Assembly: GCA_016937015.1 (NCBI GenBank)
Contig: JAFGWT010000161.1
Coordinates: 11,130 to 75,129, forward strand
Length of the DNA: 64,000 nucleotides
Origin: Deltaproteobacteria bacterium
GTDB lineage: Bacteria > Myxococcota_A > Polyangia > JAAYKL01
Direction: 5' to 3'
In this document: positions 50,633 through 62,400 of the stretch, piece by piece
Layout: each line of letters starts with the position of its first letter
How positions within the stretch are numbered: the first letter of the stretch is position 1
Translations under genes and position numbers: made by a program
The notes under the pieces: generated by a model
The model's input: only the letters and a program-made list of their open reading frames with translations
Databases searched by the model: none
What the model was told of the DNA's origin: nothing

Positions 50633-53600
50633 ATTGTTGATATCTCTGACCCCTCCAATATGGAAATTGTTGCGAGGGTGAATGAACTCGGAACAGTATA
50701 CGATGTCGCTATAAATGGCGGAATTGCCTATATCGCACTCGGATCAGGGGGGGTTGTTGCTTTGGATATCAGTGACCCGGCGAATCCCGTTGTTTCTCAC
50801 AGCCTTGGTACCACCGGTCAGCGCGCGGAGGCGGTTCTGTCGCTGGATTACGCAGTGGTGGATGCGGGCGTTGGTGATAAAGGCGGTCTGTATTTCTCGG
50901 TTACACCCGATGTCATGTTAAATGTGTATCGTGTTGATCCGCAAAACGGCATACTTGATCAGGATGCAACTGGCGCATTGTCGATGCGGGTTCGGTTTAA
51001 CAAAGCAATAGATCTATACGAACCGAACAATGATAAATTCGAATTGCTCACAGCGGATGGGATGCAACTGCCAACTTCCCTGGTAATTGAGGGCAATGAT
51101 GCGATTGTTAGACTTCTGTCCAGAGATGGGATCGAAGTTGGCGACGAACTGGTACTTTTGGTTAAAAAGGGCGTAGCGAGCGTCAAGCCGGTTTCTGATA
51201 CTGAAGTGATGGTCCTGTATGAACTAAGTCAGCCACGTCAATTTGAGCTGATTTTCAGAGGGGAAAAACTGGACGAAGTTGCTGTGGATTCAGTTGTACC
51301 GCGGCGAGTACCTGTAAATTACGCCGATGACATTACCATTTCGGCGTTCGGTGTCCCTGCTGATATCAATCGGGTTCGCGCGTTTGTGGGCGGTCAGGAA
51401 ATTACAATTACTGAGATCCAGTCAAACGCGAAAGATGAGCGAACCGCTATCATCTTTGCCCATGTACCGAGACTTTCCCATGCAGGGCAGTACGATGTGT
51501 CTGTTTTGGTGGAAAAGGATGGCCTCTGGCAGTCCGGCGTTTTACGCGGCGGTCTTGCAGTGGATGCACCTATCGAATTTGGCTACCTGACGCCAGGCTG
51601 GGGGCCCATAAACGGGGGCACCGTTGTCACCATCTGGGGTCGTGGTTTTGAGCCAGGCAATACAGTCATGGACGGGATAGAAGTGATGATTGGCGATGTC
51701 CCCGTGCAGAGCGTCAAAGTGCAGTCCACCTGGCGTATGGATATTGTCACTCCGGGGGGACATATCGGCCGAAATCAGGTTATTGGAGAAGACCGATATG
51801 GGAATATCACCGGGTTATATGATGATGACGGTTTTGGTTATGGACTCAAGGAATTGTCCAACGCCAGTACAGTGTTTTCGCCTACAGAGATTATTGTCGA
51901 TAATCTTACCGGCACCGCATTGACCAACGGTGGATTTTTCCATGATGTTTGGGGCAATAGAGATTATTACAGGTTTGATGTTTTTGGCACACCGGGCAAA
52001 TCCGATGATTTTTATGATCCGATTCGCGCAGCAACATTCGATATTCAGGATGCATATCATCCAATTCTTGTTGGCAGTGCAACTACCTTGCCCAGCGGAA
52101 ATGGATGGCAGGACCAACTGCTGCAGATGTTGACCATTACAGTTCTTCAGCGAAAAGTGGCGGCGGAAGAGCCACTAACCGCAGAAGAATCTTTACTTTA
52201 TGGTCAGTTGTCAGGGCATCAGTTCCCATCCGGTGTCGATTCGATTGGAATATTTGCAAAAGAAGAGTTCCAGGAAGGTATACCGCGTAAACGGTTGTAT
52301 GTGGCCAACGGCTTTGGTGGTGTGGCCGCGCTGAATATGGATGATCAGAATGGTCTGCAACTGGTGTCGGTGGCTGATCACGCGAAATTGATTACGGATG
52401 TGCAAAAGCAGGGACAGGTTGTTTACGCATCAGCGTCTGATGACGACGGCTCCTGCGAACTTCCGCAAGGAGAATGTGAATCCTGTGCTTTCAGGGAAAT
52501 GTCTGGCGCCGCGCCGGTTCAACGGTTTAATTTTTCTGTGGAAAGCGACCCCGTTCATACGGGTGAAGTATTTGACAGCCAGGGCGCCGCAGTTGCTGGC
52601 GCCAACGTTGTACTCGTTGAGGATGGCGTATTGTACACCGGCGGACAACGGCGGCTGAAGTTATTCAAAATTGATGGCGAAGAATGCAACACCATCACCG
52701 AATCCACCTGGGGACTGCCGTTGTCATTTGCTGACGACGAAGTGGACAATAATGTTTTGTCCGCCATCGATCTTGGCGACAACACGCGCGGTCAGCAGTA
52801 TCAACTCACAGGTAATGTCAGGGATGTACTCATATACGGCGACTATATAGTTGCAGCAGTGGGTAAATATGGTGTGGATATCGTTCATCGTCAGTATCCG
52901 GAACAGCGAACGCGTTTTGCGTTGAATTCGACTCTTCAGTCCAACCCCGGGAGCGCGACCCACTTGAAGATGTTTGGTAACCTGCTGTTTGTGTCTGCGG
53001 ATACTGGCGGCGTTATAGTGCTGGATTTATCGACGCCCCTCAACCCTTATGTTGTTTCGGCAGGTAATGATGAATCAGTGCAATCTGTGGATGCTTATAA
53101 GGGGCGTCTGGTTGGCATATCGCCGAACCGAGGCATGACCACCTTCGAATTGCCCGGCGCCATTGTTATGAAAACATCTGTCCCCGAGGGTCGACGAATA
53201 TCATCTGATGATATGTATGAAGTGACGTTCAACGAATTTGTTACGGTTGAGTCTGTGACTGCGCCCAATGCGGTATCGGTGGTTGAATCCTATACCGGAT
53301 TGCCGGTTGCCGTGGACGTGGTCGCGCTGGATGGGGATTTTGAAGCGGCACAGACGTTCGGTTTGGACTTCAACCGAATAGCGGGCGAATCATACGAGAT
53401 TCGGGTTTCTGATGTTCAAAATATACGCAGCCAAATTCAATGGGCGCCGTTTGTCGGCCATGTGAAAGCTGCTGAAGAAGGGGCATTGCAACCGACCATT
53501 CATTCTGTGGAAAACGGTGTGTTTTCCATTGATGATGAAAGCGATGCGATTATTGTGCATGGCGGGAATTTCCGGGACAGCGATGCGCTGACTGTTCAAA

Positions 53601-56600
53601 TCGGTAATGACACGCTGCCGTACGTGTTCCTAGACAGCAGTACGCTTGAAATTGATTCTAAGGATGTTTTGGCATTGGTGAACGGTGCCGGTGAATACAA
53701 CCTGAAGGTCAATGATGGCGACCTCTTTGCCTTCTCTGCAGGCGCAATTTTAATTGGTGCACGTACTTCGGAGAGCCATTTTGAATTGTCCATGGACTCC
53801 GGTCTGGTGGAAGGGGGGCCGATTGTTACTATTCGGGCCGACAGGCAGGCGATCCTGCCCGGAACCAGGGTGCGAATGCGATCCGTCGCAAATCGTTGTG
53901 AGAATTGGCAGCCGGGGGATGAGCAGCAAAGCTGTGTTATCGAGAGTGTTGAAGTGGCGCCCGGCCAGATGATTCCAGATCTCAAAGATGACGTTGTTGA
54001 CCTGCGCACATTCCAATTTATGGTTCCCGGGGTGATAACGCCGGAACGATACAATGTATATCTGGTGATAAATGGCGAGGAAGTTTTGGTCGATGATTTC
54101 TCTTATACCATAGGCGAAGGCCGTCGAATCGATCTGCCGAACTATCCTCCAACGGTCATGGGCGGAGCAGTCTTCAGCGATGACAGGTTGTTTGTGGGAG
54201 TAAAAGATGGTCAAACCGGCAACACCACGAACCGCCAGCTGATTCAGTATGGTTTCGAAATATACGATGTATCTATTTGGGAGCGACCTGTTCGCCTGGC
54301 TCAAATGGCAACGACATCGCCCGTATATGGCGTTGAAGTTGCGGGTCAACTGGCCTATCTTGCCAACGGCAGCGATGGTCTCAATGTTATTGACATACAG
54401 AATTCGCAGAAACCACAAAGTCTATGGCACATGCCGGTGCCAGGAAGTGTTGCCACTGATGTTTCGTTTCTGGCGCCCAATATTCTGGCGATGTCGGTGA
54501 TAGACGGTGACGGTGGGGGATACATTCGTTTCTTTGATGTGAATGATCCTGAGCTGGACCCACCTGTGGGCAACGGGTATGGCACTATTTCGTTTTCTGG
54601 AGGCGACCTCTTTGGGGAGCCAGTGGATATTGAATGGCACGAAAACACGTTGTTTGTATTGCTTAACGATGAAGGCGAATTGCGTCTTGTTCGATTGAGT
54701 GGATTTAACACAGCCAATGGGGTGAGCTGGAAATCTGAACTGATCGAAAGGGGACATATCGCTTCCGGCGCTGATGCTACGGACTGCTCCATGAATGTGC
54801 AGTTTGGTCAGGTCACCGTGACCAACGGTGCGGATTATCTGGTGCTCCAACAGAATGCATCCGATAATTATGACACTGTGTATTGGGACGGTGTGGGTAC
54901 GGGCGCGCATGAATTGATTTCTGATGGGGGCTCACTCTTTATCTCATATGATGAGGGATTGATTCATATGCCGACGCCGGATTTGGTTGTGTCTGGTGTA
55001 AGCGTTCCCGAAGACGCCGAGTTGATGATGGACGAGTCTCTGATAATTCAGTTCAACCATCTGATAGACACTTCAGAAGCAACGATCAAGTCGGGGCTGT
55101 TGCTTCGAGATACTTTGGGAAATGACATATCTTCCCTGTTCGACATCACAGCCATCAATACACTCGCCGGCGCGTTTATTGAGATTACGCCTAAGGAAGG
55201 TGCCACCTACACTGGAGAGATCTTCGTCGATGTCACATCGGGGATCTATGATATTCTCGGCAATCCACTGAAGTACACGATCCAAAGACGTGTCACACTG
55301 GCCAATGGTACTCGGCCCCGCATCATGCGTGTTTACAGGCAGGTAGTCGATGGCGCTCAGAATAATTTCTTCCATGGTGAAAACGGTGAGGTTACGGTTG
55401 TTGACGGACTGGGGCTGGGCAACGATACAAGTGCACTTCGGATTTGGCTTGGCGACGACCACAATGATGATTTTGAGATTCCTGCAGAAAACATCATTAG
55501 TTTGAGAGATGATGAACTTGTTTTTACATTGCCGGATATAAATATCAGTCAATCCATTGCAGCACTGTCGCTGACTGTTTCAAATAACGGCATTGCCAGT
55601 CAGCTGATCGGTGCAGTGATTGTGCAGCCCAGGGTGGTCGTCAGTGATGTTTATCCTTCGTCGGGACCACCTCAGGGTGGGGGTAATGTGGATATTTACG
55701 GGGCAGGGTTTAATCACAGCATCAATGTATACTTCGATGGCGCCCTGTCAGGTGATTTGAAGGTCAGAAGCAGTAATCACATACAGGTTCGCGTACCTGC
55801 CGGTCAGTTTGGCTATGCGGATGTGGCGGTGAGCAGTAAACTGTTTGCCGATGAGCAAAGTGTGCTTGAGGAAGCATACTTCTATACCAACCAGGAACTG
55901 GGGGCCGTCGACCTGTCTCCCGAAGGATATCGGGCGAGTCCGGTTTCGAAGATGGTAGCAAAGGATCAGATTCTGTACGCCGTCACCGGGGGACAATATA
56001 ATGCCATATATACAGACGGACACAGCCATATGTTTACCGGCACCACAGGACAGTTGGTATTGTCTGATATTTCTGATCCGGTGCACCCGGTGCTTGTCTA
56101 CGATGAAATCGCGGATGTGGAATGGCCGTATCATCTAAATGATACATTTCCGCCAATGGGCTTCACTGATGTGGCTCTGGAAGATCAGAATCTTTTTATT
56201 ACAGGAGGTAACCGATTCCTTCATTTGGATGTCACCCTTGCTGCGGATCCATTGCTTGTTCACGGAGAAGACCTTTATGACAGTACAGGGGCAGCAGATG
56301 TCGCGTGGTCACTAAAGGTTCGTGACAACATCATTTATGTAGCCTGTCAAAGTGGTATCCGAGTATTTCGGCGAACGGACGATAATCGGATCGCGCAGAT
56401 CGATTTTATTTCCGCTTCTGAGTTGGGTGGTTCTCCCAGACAGATGTTCCTTGATGGCGCACTGCTTTGGGTGGCGATTCCAGGGTCGAAAGAAATTGTG
56501 GCAGTGGATTTGGCAGAAGGAGTTTTCGAGGTTGTCGACGAGGTATGGATCACAGATATGAACGGCATAGATACCGTGCCGAGTCATATGCTCGTTCGGG

Positions 56601-59450
56601 ACGATTTGATGCTGGTATCCACTGGCCTGAGTGGCAAAGTGCTGGCCTTTGATGTCGGAACGCCGTTTGATGGGGAGGTCGTGTCGCAGATTACACTGAC
56701 CCAGCTAAACGGGTACAGTGAAATTTTTGCCGGAGAACTCACGATTCAGGCGCAGACGTTGTACGTTGCATCCGGGCAAGGGGATTTGCAGCTGTATGAT
56801 ATTGGGGACTGGCTAAACAATGAGTTTGCGAAAAAGCCGGCATTGAAAAATTACTTTGCGCCACGTGGCGCCGTGTCATCCATTGCACTGGGAAGGGGAA
56901 CAATTTACGCTGGCACCGCGCATCTGCTGCGAAAGGGTGATAACGCAATCGTTGAAAACCCAATCGACAGTAATCTCGAAGCTGGTGTCATGGCCCTCTC
57001 AGGAGGGATTAACACGTTTGATTATAATCAGCTGGCAGTTGTGGGGCAGGTACCAAATCCGAGAGCGTCACATCCGGCGCTGAGTCCGGTGGAAATACAG
57101 TTTAATCGCATTCTGGATTCGGCTCTGCTTTCAGATTTCGCAGATGAGTGGCTTATGGTGACGTATCTGGGCACTCCAGTTCCCGGTTATATTTCCAGTC
57201 AGGTAAATGCAACTGGATCCAGACTGATTTTCAGACCCACCCAGCCGTTCATCAACAATGCACAGTATCTTGTTACCGTATCGCAGGATGTGGCGGATAT
57301 TCATGGGGAGACGCTGACAACAGATTATGTGTTCAGATTTGTTGCCAGCGCGAATGCGAGGCCTGCCATCGAATCGTTGAGTCCAGCGGAAGGCAGCTGG
57401 CACGGGGGGAACGAACTGATTATTCGCGGTTCCAATTTCGGTACAGACACGACGGTCAAAATTGGCGGGATAGCGGTACCTGATTCTGACATTCAGTTCC
57501 CTGATACCGATGAACTGCGTGTCATTGTCCCGGCTCTAACGCAATCGCCCGAATCGAATATTGAAGTTGGTGTGACAGTAGCAAATGGCGATTTGGAAGA
57601 TGTACGTACCAATGCCTATACATACGTGGCAGATATTACTATCGATGAGATTGGCAGCTACAATGATGAGAATCAGCAGTTCAATGGCAACGATCATTTG
57701 TATTTCTATAATCAGCGGGAACAGGTTGCCATTCGCGGCGCCGGTTACTGCAGCGAGACCGTTGTTAAGATAAATGGCAAGCCGGTTCAACAGGCCCGAT
57801 TGGTCGACGAGCGAACGATTACGTTCATTATTCCCGACCAAACCATTGGCAGTCTTTCAGTTGAAGTGGCCAATGGCAACAATGGTCCCTGGGTTACCAA
57901 TACCGATTTGGTTGTGCAGTTCGCGCCAGATCAACGACTGGCAAACACACCGGGGGTGACCTTTGGTCGCTATGGCGATTTGCTGGCAACTGCAGTTGGT
58001 CGTATCGTTTCTGTTTCAACAACACAGGACTCCGAAATGCCGCTGGTTTTATCGTCCATAAACGTGCCAACGGACAATAGTGGCGACACAGTGGCAGCTT
58101 TGGCGCTCAACCATGATTATCTCGCCGTTTTGTTGAGTCAATCCAGAACGCTGCTGATATATTCCCTTGAAAACATCTATTCGCCGACCCTTGAAAACAT
58201 CATTCCCAATCACGGCAACGTTCAACATCGTCGATTACAGATCATTGACAATCAGTTTGTTTCATTTGATGGCACAGATGTCCATATTGGAAATCTCATG
58301 GGCGCCGATTGGGATACCGTTATCGTTGATACCGCAGAAATTGGGGCAGTTGTTGATATTGCGACAGATGATAAATATCTGTATGTACTCGGCGAATACA
58401 TGGTGGATATTAGAGATATTCAGAACTGGAACCTTTCTGCGTTGAACGCACCGGTTTCTCTGGAGCTGATTCAGCCGCTGAGCATCAGGGTTTCTCCCCA
58501 GCGAATGCTGGTGCGCGCCAACACAGGTATTGAGTTATTTGCCACCGGTACATTGGAGTCAAGTGGCGAGATCATTTCACTTGGAAGTAAAGCGTATTCT
58601 GAAGTAACAGATGCAGCCTTTTCCGGTGACATCCTCGCTCTCGCGTTGCGGGTTGATGGCGCACCGGGATTGGTACTCTATGACGTGGATATGCCCATTG
58701 TCTCCGAACAACTGGCGCTCCATCAGTTGGCGTCTGTTAACCGGGAATTGTATTTTGGATGGAATCATACCATAAACGTTGCCGGTATGCGGTTTGAAGG
58801 TGACCTGCTTGAATTCACAGGCGGGAATCTCGGATATTTTAACGTTCGCATTCCTTTTGCAAATGTTACAGAAAGTTTGCCACCCCGGTATATCGCGCAC
58901 CCGACTGCATCGATTGGATTGCGGATTTCCGGAGATCCCGAGGCGTGGGAAAATGTCCAACTGGGCGTGACCGATCAAAGTGGTGACACCTTTTCCGGCA
59001 GCACGGATTTAGCAGGGAAATTCCTGGCGTTTGATGTTACCGGTGATGAATATATTGTTGATACACGATATGACCTTTCACTTTATAATAACCCTGCAAA
59101 AACGGTGGACGGCGCTGATTTAAATATTGATCTACCCTGGACGCTGATGATGAAAACATTTGCCGATAGCCCGGTACGTATTCATCATGTTTCACCCTCG
59201 CGTATCCGTACGGAAAAATTGACGACCATTGGCGTCTCGGGCGCTAATCTTGACACGGTTACGAGTGTGTCGCTTAACGCCATTGAAATTACGAGCTGGC
59301 AAAGTAGCGATGATGGCACGTTGCTTTCGTTCGATATACTTTTATCGGAGCCTGGCATTTATTCGCTCAGACTGGAAAGCGATGATGATGTCACTCAATT
59401 GCCGGCAGCGCTCGCAGTGGACTCATATTTGTCGCTTAGCGATATTTATA
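45900..59450 (+). repeat. Seven protein-level super-repeats (about 1.85-2.2 kb each): LVIVD-type propeller blades, then a Big_5/SbsA-like Ig domain, then two IPT/TIG domains
   Basis: IPT/TIG anchors recur at ~47225 (GPVSGGTIVMVYGTDFG), ~49665 (GPQSGGNLVTIRGKGF), ~51600 (GPINGGTVVTIWGRGF), ~53800 (GLVEGGPIVTIRA), ~55660 (GPPQGGGNVDIYGAGF), ~57385 (EGSWHGGNELIIRGSNFG) and ~59190 (SPSRIRTEKLTTIGVSGANL). LVIVD-like strands occur between them: GIAVISLVDPDKP ~48370, GGVVALDISDPANP ~50750, GGVIVLDLSTPLNP ~53005, DGLNVIDIQNSQKP ~54375, QLVLSDISDPVHP ~56050. Nucleotide identity between units is low. Confidence 0.65.
50578..50701 (+). other. Frame discontinuity inside the giant gene: 41 codons of an LVIVD repeat encoded in frame +1, flanked by frame +2
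   Basis: Frame +2 reads ...FAVLDSLPVPASR then VLFRATMHILPPAPGDW-TGA(50630) LLISLTPPIWKLLRG-TGA(50678) ATG(50681) NSEQYT DVAINGGIAYIALGSGGVVALDISDP... Frame +1 over 50578-50700 reads SVVSGDYAYLAAGTGGLVIVDISDPSNMEIVARVNELGTVY, which joins both flanks as a canonical repeat. This implies one missing base near 50579-50584 and one extra base at about 50701. Confidence 0.85.
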
Positions 59451-62400
59451 CGGACAATACGGCAGGAGCGTCTCTGCTGTCCAATCGTGGTGGTGATCTG
59501 GTTCATGCGGATGGCACTGGATTGGGGGATTCCGAATTTTCGTTGCATCTGGTGGCTGCCACTGGTGGATTTGTACCCAATGACACCAACAGAGTACCGT
59601 CGTTTGTATTTCTAAATGACGGTGAAGGTGGTTTGGAATTTGAGTCCGCGGCATGCGTTCCAAATACCGACTATTATGTGGCGATGGTCAAACCTGTTAC
59701 TGATGAGTTGATATACAGCAACGGTGTGCTGACATGTGTGGACGACACAGGTCCTCGTTTGCTGGGCGCAGTGGGCCTGACATATGCAACGCCCCTCGCT
59801 TTGACTTTTGACGAAGATATTCAGGCCGAGGGTGCGATGGTGACAGCAACTGCGTTGGATTACAGCGGGACGGGTGAGACAGATGTTTCCGCGATTTTCG
59901 AACTGCAGGTTGTGAACCATGTATTGACATTGCAATTAAAACCGGGAGAGACCCTGAGTCACAATACCCGCTATGATGTTGCGATTACTGGCATTGGAGA
60001 CGTATCGTCAACTGCAAACATGTACATGGGAAGCGGTGAACCAGGAGCATATCTATATAATTACAGAACCGCTGATACCCTGGCGCCGGTTAACCTGGAA
60101 ATAATGGACGTCGCGACTGGGCGAACATCAAGTGAAATTGATGCACTGGTGCGTGAAAAATCGTATCGTTTTGCCCCCAAAGGGACAGACAATATTTCTG
60201 CCGGTATAAGTTATACTGTTCGCATCTCCTACGATGGTGGTCTGTCATTTGCGAATACTCCGTTGTCTGGTGGCACATTTGTTGTTAAGGCTGAGTCCGC
60301 CGATACGGCCATTGTTGTACAGCTGACGGCCTCCGATAGTTCAGGTAATCACGCAATTCGCAGCTTCGATTTTTCCATTGCTGAGCCGGAACTCTATATT
60401 TCAAATTTGACAACCGAGCCTGGCGAAGTGGAAGAGGCGTCCCGTGCGGACATTATTTTCCATTACTATGGGGCGGATGTGGATTTGGTGGCCGGTGGTC
60501 ACATGGTGATAGATGGGGTCCCATATGTTGTTTCGATGACCGAAGTGGCAAATGGTCTCTTTGAAGCACGACTGAACTATCGCAATCCACGTTTGATGGA
60601 TATTGCACCTGCGCAGGAAATTAACGTAACGCTGGTAATTGAATATGGTGACGGTAAAAACATCACGGCCAACGATAGCTATGATTTGGTGGCAGATGCA
60701 ACCCCACCAACAATTCGTATTGTTGCACCGGCCGATGATGCGGCGATTCCTCTGGATAGAGAAGTAGATGTGGCGATTCAGTCATTTGACCAATATGGCG
60801 TCGATGATGTCAGTGTCGCCATGAACGGAGGCCCATTCGCATCCCTTGCGGATCCCACGGTGTTCTCCTTTACGCCGACAACGCTTGATGATGTAGTGAT
60901 TCAGGCTCGGGCAACGGATTCCAGTGGTAACGAAGCGCTGTCGTCTCAGGTGGTGTTCCATCCGTACGACGCGGCAACGGGGGCACCCCGGGTGAGAATT
61001 CTTTCGCCTGAGAACGGCGACGTTTTGCGCGAACGGCAAACAATTGAATTGTCCGTTGAACTTGATAATGTAACGGATGCAACGCTGCATATTGACCTTG
61101 GCGCCGATGAGGCCAATCCGGCCAATCCAATCCCTGTTGCGATAACCCGCACTGTAGCCGAACCGACTCGGTTCCAGCTGACGGTCCAGATGCCGTCAAT
61201 AGATGGGACAATTGTGGCCTTGCTTCGGTTGGTGGACGACGCAACGGGAGTGAGTTCGAAAGTTTCTGTGCAGTTGTTGAACGACGATGTTGTTGCGGAA
61301 GAGATGCCGCTTGTTGTGTTGCCATCCGATACTGTGCTGACGGGAACTGAATTGCTGGTTTCTGCCACCAGACCGTCAAATATGACAGATTATAGTTCGG
61401 CATCAGTGGTTGAAGTATCTGGCGCATCTGACGATACAGAAGCAGTTGCACTACAGCCGGACAGTGTGGAAAACCGCATTTCAGTGGCGACAAATGATTC
61501 GCCCGTTACCGTCACTGCGACTTTGCAGGATGTGTCCGGAAATCAAAATACCACTGTACGCGAAGTGACCAAACTGACGTACCTTGATGATCTGATTAAT
61601 GACAGCATTTCGGTAAGTGAGATCTCAGTGGATGAGAATATTGCGGATATGGTGTTTGTGCCGGGAATCGGTGCGGACAGCGGCGCATTGGTGTACGCCG
61701 TCAATTCGAATAGCGGTGGATACCGAATTCAGTCTGGCTCAGATGTTGTCTATCAAAATGCGTTAGGCAGAGTGTCACGTCTGTTCTTTACAGGCGCTGC
61801 CATCGTATTTGAGGAGACAGATGGCGACGAGACGCTGCATCCTGAAATGGATGATCTTGGATTCTCAAGACGTCTTGTTTTCCTCCCGCTGGTTGATGGC
61901 AATTTCAGTGATGCCGTATTGCAACCTCTCTTGGGGGATATTGTCGGTGGTAGCGGAAATGTTATTTTCACTCGTCACGGTAATATTATTGACGGCGTTG
62001 CATTGGACGGGATGAGCAGTGTGCCATTGGTGGGACAATATGTGGCCGATACTGTCAAGTCGATTAGCGTGGATGGTGATCGCGTGTTTGTGCTGGCGGA
62101 AAATGAGGCCGGTGAGCATTCCATTTACGGTATCGGCATTGATAACACTACGTATCCTGCATTGAAACTGCTGTTTATGACAGGGGTGAGTACCGCAGAT
62201 GGCGTGCATGTGAATGGCGATTCCGTGATGACCTGGAACGGGTATGCACTGCATCTGTATCAGCTTGAGTCAGATGGGAATGGTGACGTTTCCGGAGCGC
62301 TGGTTGACCTGGGCGAAAATGTTATTCACGGAGACGCGCTGAATGTACTTTCAGACGGCGATCTGACTTGGTTCTATCTTGATAGCGATGTTCGAGAAAC

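Noticed and set aside
50681-50683. ATG 50681 with GAGGG just upstream as a genuine start of a second giant gene.
   Set aside because: The GAGGG is only 3 nt from the ATG. Both lie inside the frame +1 repeat sequence (A-R-V-N-E-L), so they are most simply coincidental. I keep this only as an alternative in the findings.
50570-50705. Programmed -1/+1 ribosomal frameshifting or TGA recoding as an explanation for the frame +1 patch.
   Set aside because: There is no X_XXY_YYZ slippery heptamer or obvious stimulatory structure at either junction, and two opposite programmed shifts 123 nt apart would be unprecedented. Reading TGA as a sense codon does not help, because the frame +2 peptide between the junctions does not resemble the repeat, whereas frame +1 does.
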